This document shows positions 10,033 through 18,709 of a DNA stretch of 58,110 nucleotides, one piece after another; position 1 is the stretch's first letter, and each line of letters starts with the position of its first letter. Location of the stretch: the NCBI GenBank assembly GCA_049617635.1, contig JBMZJQ010000005.1:1-58110 (forward strand), written 5' to 3'. The DNA is from Poseidonia sp. (GTDB taxonomy: Archaea > Thermoplasmatota > Poseidoniia > Poseidoniales > Poseidoniaceae). The notes under the pieces are model-generated. The model was not told the DNA's origin. It searched no databases and saw nothing but the letters and a program-made list of their open reading frames with translations. The position numbers and the translations under genes are program-made.

Positions 10033-11142
10033 ATGGAATTCGGCGAGCGTCTCGTCATTCTCACAACGTCCACACGGGACGACGGTGTCCGCCTTCACAT
10101 CGAGCGAACCGTTGAGACACAAGGGCAGCGGCGAGACCTCCGACTCAAACAACTCCCCCACATGGAAACCGCCCTTGAGGCACTTCGCGATGGACACGGC
10201 GATTTGGTCGCCATGAGTGCCTTTGATTGGGAACAGCACGACGTTGAGGGGTTGATCATCGCTGGTGTTTTGCCCCGCAAAGAACCGACCTGGGTGCTGG
10301 TTGCCGAAGACAAGCCGGAATACCTCAAACAAGGAGCCATCGTGATGTGCGACCACGAACTCGTCCGGCGACAAATGATGAGAATGAGGAACGATCTGAC
10401 CTTGATGACGATGAGGGAAACCCTCGCCCACATCGGTGCCATCGATGCGTTCGAAAGCCTTCCTGAGGACGAACGGTGGCCGTGGTTTGAGCAACAGATG
10501 ATGGAGGGCCACATCGATGGCTTCATCGTGCCGAGAGCCGTTCACGCTGGACATCGCATGAAAAGCAGGAGGCACACCCTCGGCCTGCAGCGAGACCAAT
10601 CCGAAAACGAACGCGAACGCTTCGTCCCACCTCCGCTCCACGGTTTTACCTTGCTCGTTGGACGAGAAGGCTTTCCAAGGGCCACGCTGAAAGAAATGGT
10701 CGATTCAACGGCGGAACTTGCTTATCGCCTCGAAACAGCCATGCTTGAGAGCCTTGACCCGTCGCTTCACCCCATCACGGGAATTTTTGTCGAACAACGC
10801 AAGATGACGACCTTCCTGAAAAAAGCCCAAGAAGAGGGTGATGAGACCTTGATGCTCTCCTTGGTCGACCCGAACAAGAAGAAAGGCGTCTACAAAAGCG
10901 GGCCGCGTGTTGAAATGTTGATTGAAACGTTGAACCCGCGAGGAACGGTCACAGCCTCAGCCGAGCGCATCGTTTTACCAGAAAACAGCCACATAGGCAT
11001 GGTCAACCTCCTGCGAGAATTCATGGAATTGCTCACCGTCATGACCACCGCCCACGAAGGGAGCAAGCGGACCATTCACGGCATGCCTCCAGGATTTAAC
11101 GACCCCAGTCCGAGGCTGATGGACCTCAACGACGAGGATTAA
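10033..11142 (+). CDS. Divergent hydroxymethylbilane synthase (HemC)-like protein, probably catalytically inactive
   Basis: ALRDGHGDLVAMSAFD, LPRKEPTWVLV, LKQGAIV, RQMMRMRNDL, GHIDGFIV, FVPPPLHG and AYRLETAML are collinear with HemC. SD GAGGTGA at 10022-10028. Confidence 0.65.
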   Translation: MEFGERLVILTTSTRDDGVRLHIERTVETQGQRRDLRLKQLPHMETALEALRDGHGDLVAMSAFDWEQHDVEGLIIAGVLPRKEPTWVLVAEDKPEYLKQGAIVMCDHELVRRQMMRMRNDLTLMTMRETLAHIGAIDAFESLPEDERWPWFEQQMMEGHIDGFIVPRAVHAGHRMKSRRHTLGLQRDQSENERERFVPPPLHGFTLLVGREGFPRATLKEMVDSTAELAYRLETAMLESLDPSLHPITGIFVEQRKMTTFLKKAQEEGDETLMLSLVDPNKKKGVYKSGPRVEMLIETLNPRGTVTASAERIVLPENSHIGMVNLLREFMELLTVMTTAHEGSKRTIHGMPPGFNDPSPRLMDLNDED

Positions 11143-11245
11143 ACGGCGAATCACGAGAGGGGCAAGAACCGCCCTGCAAGTCCTCATTGGACTGCGAAGA
11201 CCTATAACCTTTGAATGTGGCAAAACGCCCCAAGGTGGGGCGAAC

Positions 11246-12940
11246 ATGGACCGGTCTGCATTGTTAGCCGAACTCTATCAAGCCCGCTTTGAGGACTTGA
11301 AGGAGATTGCTGGCGCTCACAATCTGTCCAAAACAGGCCCCGTTGAGTCGTTACGAACCCGATTGATTCGAGACCTTGTCCTCAACGAGTGGGACCTCTC
11401 ACCGTCAGGCATCAAAGCCATCTCAAACAACGACCTCGGTGAATTGTTGGGCTTGTTCGGTATCAAAAAATCCGGTTCCATCAAAGCCCGTCGCCAACGT
11501 CTCTTTTTACATCTCAACCACGATCCAAAAACGCTGACTGTCGAGACCCTTGACGCCATGACTCGTGACGATCTACACGGCCTGTGCAAAGACCTCGAAC
11601 TCCCGCTCTCTGGAAACAAGCAAAGCCTCCTTGCACGGGTTGCAGGCGTGTTGGCTTCCCAAGAAAATGCATGGGGCAAGGTCAAGAAGAGCCTTCGCAG
11701 ACCCAAGGACAAAATCACGGTGCCATCCGTTCCAGCACCTGTCGTCGCAGAACCATCCATCGAAGAGAGCGTAGGTTCGACCTTCACCGGAGTTGTTGAA
11801 CAACAGGACGAGGATTGGATGTTTGAAGAAGACGTCCCCGTGCAAGTCGCTGCGACAGAAGTGGCTGCTTCGTTTGAGCCCGAACCTGCACCAGCCTCGC
11901 CACCCCCGATGATTCAACATGTCGACATGGAGGTTCACAGCCTCGAAGTCGAGACGGCGTTAATGGAACTGAATGAGCGAATGGCCGAAGTCAGGGCTTT
12001 TGCACGTGATTTTTTGATGGTCAGTTCGACCACCAACCAAGACGACATGAACGCCTTCATCGCCTCCTTGCGCCATCAAGGATTTGCCACCGACCATCCG
12101 CCCGTTCATCAAGCGGTGGCCAACATCATCATGGAACTGGACTATCAAATCCAGAACGAATCGTCCGCTGCGACCGCCATGCCTCAATCGTGGGCAGAGC
12201 GAGAAGCCCTCCGACTCTTTGAGGAAGTCCGAAGCGGGCTTCGTGACCAACTGGAGAACATTCTTGCCCTCCACAAAGGGGACCCGATCAAAGCACGCAT
12301 GGCCTTCGAAGAAGAAGGACGGGCCATGGGACTCGACCTTCGCGTCCCGAGTGTTTCCGGTCGGCTGCACGCCTTGTTTGACCTGCACATCGAAATCGCT
12401 GAATCCCAAGCCCTTCACGACCCGGTCGTCCAACGGCGCCAACGCATGATGCGCATCCTGCATCGCGGCTCGGTTCACATGCTCGAGCGGGAGCGAATGA
12501 CCATCGCTCGTTTGGAGCGGAATATCGCAGCGTTTGAGGAACTCGTGCAGACCGTGCTTGAATCCGCAGAAGAGGGCTTTGAGGAAGCTGAGCAGGCGTT
12601 GGTGATTCGCTTCCTGGAATCAAAAGGCTACGAAGTCAACACCAGCAACCTCCGTCCACGAATCCTGGCTTGTGCTGGAATCCTCGGGGCTGAACTTGGC
12701 TTCCTTTCGCCCAGTGAGATTCCACGTATCGCACCTGGTGTTCTCGTCACAGAGACCGAAGTGGATGCCATTGTCACCGAACTCAAGGCCCTGGCGTCCA
12801 GTTTCAAACCCGAGCCAACGGCGGAAGAGGAAGATGAAACGATGGTCGCAGAGTCGGTTGTTGACGCGTCGGAAAACATTCAACGTGTTCGGGGGAAAAT
12901 CGACCGCATCGATGACCTTCTCAACCGCTTGAAAGGTTGA
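11246..12940 (+). CDS. SAP-domain protein (about three N-terminal SAP-like motifs, acidic linker, helical C-terminus)
   Basis: MTRDDLHGLCKDLELPLSGNKQSLLARV is a clear SAP motif. Two weaker copies precede it (FEDLKEIAGAHNLSKTGPVESLRTRL; NNDLGELLGLFGIKKSGSIKARRQRL). Confidence 0.75.
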   Translation: MDRSALLAELYQARFEDLKEIAGAHNLSKTGPVESLRTRLIRDLVLNEWDLSPSGIKAISNNDLGELLGLFGIKKSGSIKARRQRLFLHLNHDPKTLTVETLDAMTRDDLHGLCKDLELPLSGNKQSLLARVAGVLASQENAWGKVKKSLRRPKDKITVPSVPAPVVAEPSIEESVGSTFTGVVEQQDEDWMFEEDVPVQVAATEVAASFEPEPAPASPPPMIQHVDMEVHSLEVETALMELNERMAEVRAFARDFLMVSSTTNQDDMNAFIASLRHQGFATDHPPVHQAVANIIMELDYQIQNESSAATAMPQSWAEREALRLFEEVRSGLRDQLENILALHKGDPIKARMAFEEEGRAMGLDLRVPSVSGRLHALFDLHIEIAESQALHDPVVQRRQRMMRILHRGSVHMLERERMTIARLERNIAAFEELVQTVLESAEEGFEEAEQALVIRFLESKGYEVNTSNLRPRILACAGILGAELGFLSPSEIPRIAPGVLVTETEVDAIVTELKALASSFKPEPTAEEEDETMVAESVVDASENIQRVRGKIDRIDDLLNRLKG

Positions 12941-12961
12941 GCAAACGAGCCTGCAAGGCCT

Positions 12962-14203
12962 TCAGTGCTGTTGAGCATAGAAGTTCTGAACCACCGAGGT
13001 CACGGTTTGGATGTCGGAGATACCTCGCGAGCACAAATCTTCGATGATGGCTTGGCGTTGAGAGACGTGGCGCTCGAACACATCCGGAGTCACACCTGCG
13101 GCGTTGCAAATGGTTTCTCGGAGTTTGGAGGGGATACCGGTTTCTTCGATTTGGTCCGTGGCGGCGTTGTACTTCCAAATAGCGTTCAAACGAGGTTTGT
13201 CGCCTTCCATACCAGCGATTTCAGCCACCTCGGTGATCTTACGAGCCGTTTTCCCGTTGACGTGGAGGCGAGCTTGGATGATGATCAAATCCAAGCCGCT
13301 CAACATGATGGGTGGGACGTTCATGGGCGGGTTGATCATACGCGTCACCGTTTCTTGGGCCGTGTTGGCGTGCAGGGAACCGAACGAACCGTCGTGACCG
13401 GTGTTCATGGCCGTGAGTAAGGTTGCACACTCCGGTCCACGGACTTCACCAACGATGATGCGGTCAGGTCGCATACGCAAACTGGATTTCAAACAGTCGT
13501 TCATGTCGACTTCCGGCGTTCCGTCAGGTCGCTCTCGGCGAGTCTCCATGCGCAACCAGTGGTCGTGATACACCTGCAATTCAGCGGTGTCCTCGACCGT
13601 CAGGAGACGTCGAGACCACGGGATGTACATGCCCAAACAGTTCAGCGTGGTGGTTTTACCCGAACCGGTACCGCCAGCGATAACAAAGTTGGCCGGTCGG
13701 CTGTCGAGGCCCTCAATCCACACCCACATCATGGCTGCAAGTCGAGAATTAACCGTGCCGAAGTTAACCAGGTCAATCATCGTGAGCGGGTCTTCCTTGA
13801 ATTTACGAATGGTGAGGGTCGGCCCGTCTGGCGAGACAGGAGGGATGGTTCCGTTGACACGGGAACCGTCAGGAAGACGGCCGTCAAAGATGGGGACCAG
13901 GCCCGGGCCATCGCCAAGAGGGACATTGGTGAACGAGGCGATGTTTTTCGCAATTTGCAAACCGGAATCATCGTCGATCCAAATATTGGTTCGACACATC
14001 CCGTGGTTGCGATGGGCGACTTTCACGCATTGCGTGCCGCCGTTGTACATCACTTCTTCAAGCGCATCATCTTCAAACAACGCAGCGAGATCCCCGTAGG
14101 GATTGGCTTGAATATCGCCTTCCACATGGTAGATGGGCGAAGGGTGATTGGCTTCGGTGTAAATGGTCACGCGACCGTATTGTTCCAGTATTTGTTCTGA
14201 CAT
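12962..14203 (-). CDS. Type II/IV secretion (TadA/CpaF/ArlI family) assembly ATPase
   Basis: LEEVMYNG, GRLPDGSRVN, TLTIRKF, Walker A GGTGSGKTT, Asp box TVEDTAEL, LRMRPDRIIVGEVRG, His box TGHDGSFGSLHAN. SD GGAGGT before ATG 14203. Confidence 0.95.
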   Translation of the reverse strand: MSEQILEQYGRVTIYTEANHPSPIYHVEGDIQANPYGDLAALFEDDALEEVMYNGGTQCVKVAHRNHGMCRTNIWIDDDSGLQIAKNIASFTNVPLGDGPGLVPIFDGRLPDGSRVNGTIPPVSPDGPTLTIRKFKEDPLTMIDLVNFGTVNSRLAAMMWVWIEGLDSRPANFVIAGGTGSGKTTTLNCLGMYIPWSRRLLTVEDTAELQVYHDHWLRMETRRERPDGTPEVDMNDCLKSSLRMRPDRIIVGEVRGPECATLLTAMNTGHDGSFGSLHANTAQETVTRMINPPMNVPPIMLSGLDLIIIQARLHVNGKTARKITEVAEIAGMEGDKPRLNAIWKYNAATDQIEETGIPSKLRETICNAAGVTPDVFERHVSQRQAIIEDLCSRGISDIQTVTSVVQNFYAQQH

Positions 14204-14207
14204 GCGT

Positions 14208-14939
14208 TCAACCTCCAACGGCCTTCACAGCCCCAAGATACAGGCCCATCGAGACGGCCATCCACATCGGGAGCCACCACAGCGTGTCTTTGAAACGGCC
14301 CATCATTCGACCGGAAACACCGACACCGACGGCGGAGGCAGCTGCGAAAAAGAACGAGAATGTTTGATTGAACGAGGCGATTTGGAAACCCTTGCTGGCG
14401 GGTGCGAACAACCCCACGATGAAGGCAATCAACACAGGTAAGCCAACGCTTACAAAGATGATGATAAGCATGCCTCGGCCCGAAAGTTCGGATTCTCGGC
14501 GATTCATCAAATCGTTGAGGCGCTCGTAGTCACGGCTCAAATCCGAGAGGATGTCTCGCAAGGATGAGTCTTGCTGAAGCGCCGTTTCAATCAGCATCAT
14601 GACGCGCTGCACCTGACTGGAACGGGTCTTGGCGGCGAAGGCTGACAGACTTGCCTCAAAGGAGGAAGCGTGGGCTTCTCGAAGCGTTTCACGCAAGAGC
14701 ATGGCCAACGGCCCGTCACTTGCTTCGGACTGTTCTTTCATGGCTTCTTGCAAGCCACGTCCTGCACCCACGGAATCGGAAAGGGATTCCAAAAAGGACG
14801 GGAGTTCGTTTTCGATGGTGCGACGGCGACGGCGTTCAAGCATCGGTGGAATGCCACCTCCCGCACACGCCAGAGCAATCACCGTCAAGTAAAGCAGCAA
14901 CGGAGCGTCGTTGAACGATTCAAGGATGCCAAAAATCAT
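14208..14939 (-). CDS. Type II secretion system F-family (TadB/TadC-like) membrane platform protein
   Basis: TM segment, then RRRRTIENELPSFLESLSDSVGAGRGLQEAM (T2SSF pattern), then C-terminal TMs. Operonic with the ATPase. Confidence 0.88.
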   Translation of the reverse strand: MIFGILESFNDAPLLLYLTVIALACAGGGIPPMLERRRRRTIENELPSFLESLSDSVGAGRGLQEAMKEQSEASDGPLAMLLRETLREAHASSFEASLSAFAAKTRSSQVQRVMMLIETALQQDSSLRDILSDLSRDYERLNDLMNRRESELSGRGMLIIIFVSVGLPVLIAFIVGLFAPASKGFQIASFNQTFSFFFAAASAVGVGVSGRMMGRFKDTLWWLPMWMAVSMGLYLGAVKAVGG

Positions 14940-14942
14940 GTT

Positions 14943-15524
14943 TCACAACCCCGGATCCTTGGTGTGGGCCTTCAGCCCAATGAGTGCCATGCCAACGAGC
15001 GTGATCATCAAACCCATGTTCACAACGGCGTTGATGGTTGAGGGGGGAGGCAGTGACATGAACGCTCCGAGGTCGCCCGACATCAATTGAGGCACCAACC
15101 CAACGATGGCCAAGATAATCGGTCCAATCATTCCGATGGAGAGCAAGGTTTCAGGAACACCACCAAGTTCTTCGATGTACTTCTCCACCTCATCGCTTCG
15201 TTCTTCTTCCATTCGAGCGCCTTGCTTCTTGAGCGTCTCGACCAAATCCGTGTTCTGTGTCACGTTGGTATAGAGTGTGTTGAGCAAACGCTTGTACCCT
15301 GCAGATTCGGCGACTTTCATCAAATCCTTGAGTTCACGATCCAAGCCCTTGGAGCTCCCTTTTCGCAAGCGAACCATCATGGCGGAAAAGTCCTCCGAGA
15401 TGATGCCGTAGCCTCCCCTTCCAATGGTGTGGAGGGCCGCTTCCAAACCGACACCCGATGACATCAAGACGTCCATGGTACGAATCACATAGAGGAGTTC
15501 TCGCTTTTCCTCCAGTTTTCGCAT
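14943..15524 (-). CDS. Type II secretion system F-family (TadC-like) membrane protein
   Basis: ELLYVIRTMDVLMSSGVGLEAALHTIGRGGYGIISEDF is the archaeal T2SSF pattern, followed by two C-terminal TMs. SD GAGGTGA before ATG 15524. Confidence 0.85.
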   Translation of the reverse strand: MRKLEEKRELLYVIRTMDVLMSSGVGLEAALHTIGRGGYGIISEDFSAMMVRLRKGSSKGLDRELKDLMKVAESAGYKRLLNTLYTNVTQNTDLVETLKKQGARMEEERSDEVEKYIEELGGVPETLLSIGMIGPIILAIVGLVPQLMSGDLGAFMSLPPPSTINAVVNMGLMITLVGMALIGLKAHTKDPGL

Positions 15525-15534
15525 TGTGTTCACC

Positions 15535-15888
15535 TCAAATGACGTCTTCGAGCAACTCAAAATGGAAACTCTCGTTGGAGCTGTCGTATTCCATCACAGC
15601 GAAAATGACCTTCACGTCGCGTTCTTCAAACGGGTCGTGAATGTACGGCTGACCGGTCCGGAACATGGCCACAATGCGCTTGTATTCGTCGAGCGTAATC
15701 TCGCCGCGAACGGTGTACATGGTGGATTCCGACCCTTCGTCGTGAAGATCGTCACCTTCCTGGCCACGAATCACGGTTCGTGTCAAACGTCGCGTCATGC
15801 GGACTTTCATGTCTGCATTTGCAATGCGAACCCAATCTGAACTTGATGTACCCGTTGCGGGACGAATAAAGAAATCCATTCCTGCCAT
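15535..15888 (-). CDS. Small beta-rich protein resembling phage DNA-circularisation N-terminal / tail tube-initiator domain
   Basis: RRLTRTVIRGQEGDDLHDEGSESTMYTVRGEI...GQPYIHDPF...VKV resembles the RRxxxHExPGRDGxxxEDLGxxxRxxxxxG...GxLxHP pattern. It lies 10 nt upstream of the tadC-like gene. The family call is tentative. Confidence 0.5.
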   Translation of the reverse strand: MAGMDFFIRPATGTSSSDWVRIANADMKVRMTRRLTRTVIRGQEGDDLHDEGSESTMYTVRGEITLDEYKRIVAMFRTGQPYIHDPFEERDVKVIFAVMEYDSSNESFHFELLEDVI

Positions 15889-15943
15889 GTCTGACCCCTG
15901 TAGGTTCCACATCACGAGAAGGACTTGAATGTGTTGGGCCTAT

Positions 15944-16864
15944 TTATTCACCAGCGGCAATACGGAACCACCCAAATCGTGGTTCTGAAAGGCGCCCAGA
16001 TTCAAGCAATTCGTCAAGGCACGCCTCTGCCGTCTCACGCACATGACCTCGGGCAACGGCGTTTTTCAGAATGGTTTCGTAATCGACACCCTCGCCTTGG
16101 TCGAGTTGCCCAACCGCTTGAAGCAGGAATTCACTCAAGTTCTGCCCTCCTTCTTCCGTGTCCGAGGATGCCTCATCGGTGGTGGGGAGGGACATCATTG
16201 GGGGCGGTGTGGTCGCTGCTTCGATGCGTCCTTCAGCGATATCGAGTGCTTGCATCAAATTGAGTTTGAACGGCTCGACATCGATATCGCCGTAATGGTT
16301 GCGTGACACGAGAAGACTGTTTGGCAGTCCGGCTCGTCCGTAGGCATCCATGGTCGGCTCGACTTCCAAAGAGGAGGCGTAGGCATTCATTCGCTCCATG
16401 GTGCTCTCGCAGGCATCGAGAAGCCAATTGGCGTAAACGTCCCGAGAGACCACGCAGGCTTCCTCAGGTCGCAAGGATGTGTAAACGGCCCCTTCGTCGG
16501 TTTGATACCAGCGTGTTTTGGCCGTCATCATCACCAACAGGGGTTCGCCGTCCTCAAGTCGTTCAACCCACTGGTGAGCCAATTCTCGCATCATTTCTGA
16601 ATTGTATTCGCCGATGGAGAAGTAATGCAGGCCCGTGGGGTCCCGCAACTGTCCTTGGAACAACATCGAACCGTTGCTGGTGTCCCGTTGTTCGAGGCGC
16701 TCAAGCAGTCCGGCAGCAACCACGCGATTCACCTTGGCACCCAATTTGGTGATGATGAAGGAAGGATCGTATTCACCTGAACCCTTTTCGTGAAGGGTGG
16801 CGCTTCCAAACTCGGAAGCCAACAACAGGTGGGCCGGCTGCCGAGCAATGCGTGCCCGCTCCAT
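15944..16864 (-). CDS. RPA-associated / RPA32-like subunit (OB fold plus C-terminal winged helix)
   Basis: PSFIITKLGAKVNRVVAAG...LRDPTG...SLRPE OB fold and C-terminal LLESGRLSEPRFGWFR winged helix. TGATG coupling to rpa. Confidence 0.85.
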   Translation of the reverse strand: MERARIARQPAHLLLASEFGSATLHEKGSGEYDPSFIITKLGAKVNRVVAAGLLERLEQRDTSNGSMLFQGQLRDPTGLHYFSIGEYNSEMMRELAHQWVERLEDGEPLLVMMTAKTRWYQTDEGAVYTSLRPEEACVVSRDVYANWLLDACESTMERMNAYASSLEVEPTMDAYGRAGLPNSLLVSRNHYGDIDVEPFKLNLMQALDIAEGRIEAATTPPPMMSLPTTDEASSDTEEGGQNLSEFLLQAVGQLDQGEGVDYETILKNAVARGHVRETAEACLDELLESGRLSEPRFGWFRIAAGE

Positions 16865-18549
16865 CAAGCCCACCCCCACAGAGCCCGGAGTTCCGTCGCC
16901 CGGAGTTGGGCGTCCTGCTCAACAAGGCTCAACCCGTCTGCAAGAATCATCGCACCTTGTTCGTCCACGATGGTTCGTCCGGTAATGGCGACGTTCCGCC
17001 CCAGCAACCGTTCACGGACGAGTTGGACAAAGCCGAGATCGCCGTGTTCCTCAACCGAGGCCTGCATGCCATCCTCCGTCATCTCAAGGGAAGCGAGTGA
17101 GGCTTCTTTGTTGGTCAACACGGCCGTCGTTGCGCCTGCATCATCAACCACCAAACGAAGGCGTATGTCTTGCTCTCCATCGTTTGCACCGTGGTCGTAA
17201 CATGCACCGTCGCGCAGGACGCGACGGCATTCGGTGCAACGCATGATGAAACCAGAATCCTCACGAACACTGACGACCATGCCGCTGGTTTCAATGCCGA
17301 CACGACTCGCACCGGTGGCCAACTCAGCCAGTGGCACACTGACCGCATGGTTGGTCAAATCCATTGAATCGTCCCATGGAGGCGACTCAAGCACCTCCAA
17401 CTGGTCGGCGCTGTCAACCGTGATGTCGGGAATGCCCTGCCAGGCTCGTACCCGGGCACTCTTGATGCTCACCGTCACCGGCAGATCGGCCACATCGAAC
17501 GGCAAGGTGTCCCACAAACTGATGCGGCACCGGCCTGTGGGGTCTGCGATTTGACCGGACCAGAGGAATTTTTCTTCACCGTCGCGCTCAAATGTTCGTT
17601 TTATCAATTCGGTGATTTGAACCACAGCATCAACGTCCCTTGCTCCATCGGTCAAGCCTGAAATGGTGACGTTGGTCTGCTCAGAAAGGGTTTCCAGGTC
17701 GGCGAAGTTGGCATCGTGAAACACCTCAATTCGGGTGGTGCGGCCAAAATTCAATTCAGGCGTGTTACGGAAACTACGGATTTGAGCTCCGTCGATTTTC
17801 AACAAGGTGCCCACTTCGTGGTCAAACGGTTCCCAAGAGAGGAAACCAATGGTGCCTGAACCGTCGGCGAGACGACCTCTCACCACATCGATGGAACCTG
17901 AACCGTCCTTGCGGTGAATTTGGTCTGGCCGTGATGCCAGCACCCGACCGACGATGCAAGCGTACCCGTCGGAAGGGAGTTGGTCAATGTCGACGGGGTC
18001 GTTAGAGGATGGAACCGTAGCGACCCCTTCTTTCAGCACCACGATGCGCGTGGACTGGTTAATGTTGAGGGACATCTTTCCGTTGTATTCGTTGACGCTC
18101 CCGCCTTCGATTCGAACGATGCTTCCCGCAGCCAAGTTGGCATGCGGGCCCCAGTCTTTGTAGTCCCAGCGTGTGCGTTCGCCGTTTTCTTCCCAAGGAT
18201 TGTCTTCGAGCATACCAAACGCAATTTGTTTTTCTTCCCCTCGAATCATCTGGTCACGAACGTTGTGCGTGATGATGGCCACTTCGATTTCAACATCCCT
18301 GTCTGATCCGGTGAGTTCCGACAACGCAGCGACTTTCTTCGTTTGTCGGGGTGCTCGTTCGCCTGAAGCGGTCGGTGTAGGCGAGGTGCCGCTCTTGAAC
18401 CGACGCAAGACGGAACGCATGGCATCTTGAGGAGGAATGTAGAATTCCTTCTCGTACTTGGCAAAGGCCTCGGAGATTTCGCCTTCATCAGCATCCGGGC
18501 ACTCGGCGAGAATGGCCTTCACGTAATCGGCATATTTGTCATCAGCCAT
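16864..18549 (-). CDS. rpa: Replication protein A large subunit (multiple OB folds plus zinc finger)
   Basis: Repeated OB motifs (LADGSGTIGFLSW, IADPTGRCRISLW, VVDDAGA) and a Zn finger CTECRRVLRDGACYDH. Confidence 0.9.
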   Translation of the reverse strand: MADDKYADYVKAILAECPDADEGEISEAFAKYEKEFYIPPQDAMRSVLRRFKSGTSPTPTASGERAPRQTKKVAALSELTGSDRDVEIEVAIITHNVRDQMIRGEEKQIAFGMLEDNPWEENGERTRWDYKDWGPHANLAAGSIVRIEGGSVNEYNGKMSLNINQSTRIVVLKEGVATVPSSNDPVDIDQLPSDGYACIVGRVLASRPDQIHRKDGSGSIDVVRGRLADGSGTIGFLSWEPFDHEVGTLLKIDGAQIRSFRNTPELNFGRTTRIEVFHDANFADLETLSEQTNVTISGLTDGARDVDAVVQITELIKRTFERDGEEKFLWSGQIADPTGRCRISLWDTLPFDVADLPVTVSIKSARVRAWQGIPDITVDSADQLEVLESPPWDDSMDLTNHAVSVPLAELATGASRVGIETSGMVVSVREDSGFIMRCTECRRVLRDGACYDHGANDGEQDIRLRLVVDDAGATTAVLTNKEASLASLEMTEDGMQASVEEHGDLGFVQLVRERLLGRNVAITGRTIVDEQGAMILADGLSLVEQDAQLRATELRALWGWA

Positions 18550-18709
18550 GCAACGACCCTCCAACAGGCGTGTGTGTTCGTGGCCTGTTTGGAGTACAGG
18601 CGGCGGGCTTTCGTGCGGGTTGGTTAAGATTGGACACTCCCTTGACCTCCATGGGACACCTCACCCATGACGACAGGTCATAAAGAATGCCTCAGATGTT
18701 GATGAAGAC

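Noticed and set aside
15535-15888. Prophage or contractile injection system around the tail-like ORF
   Set aside because: No sheath, baseplate, capsid, terminase or integrase genes are present, and the flanks are housekeeping and tad genes.
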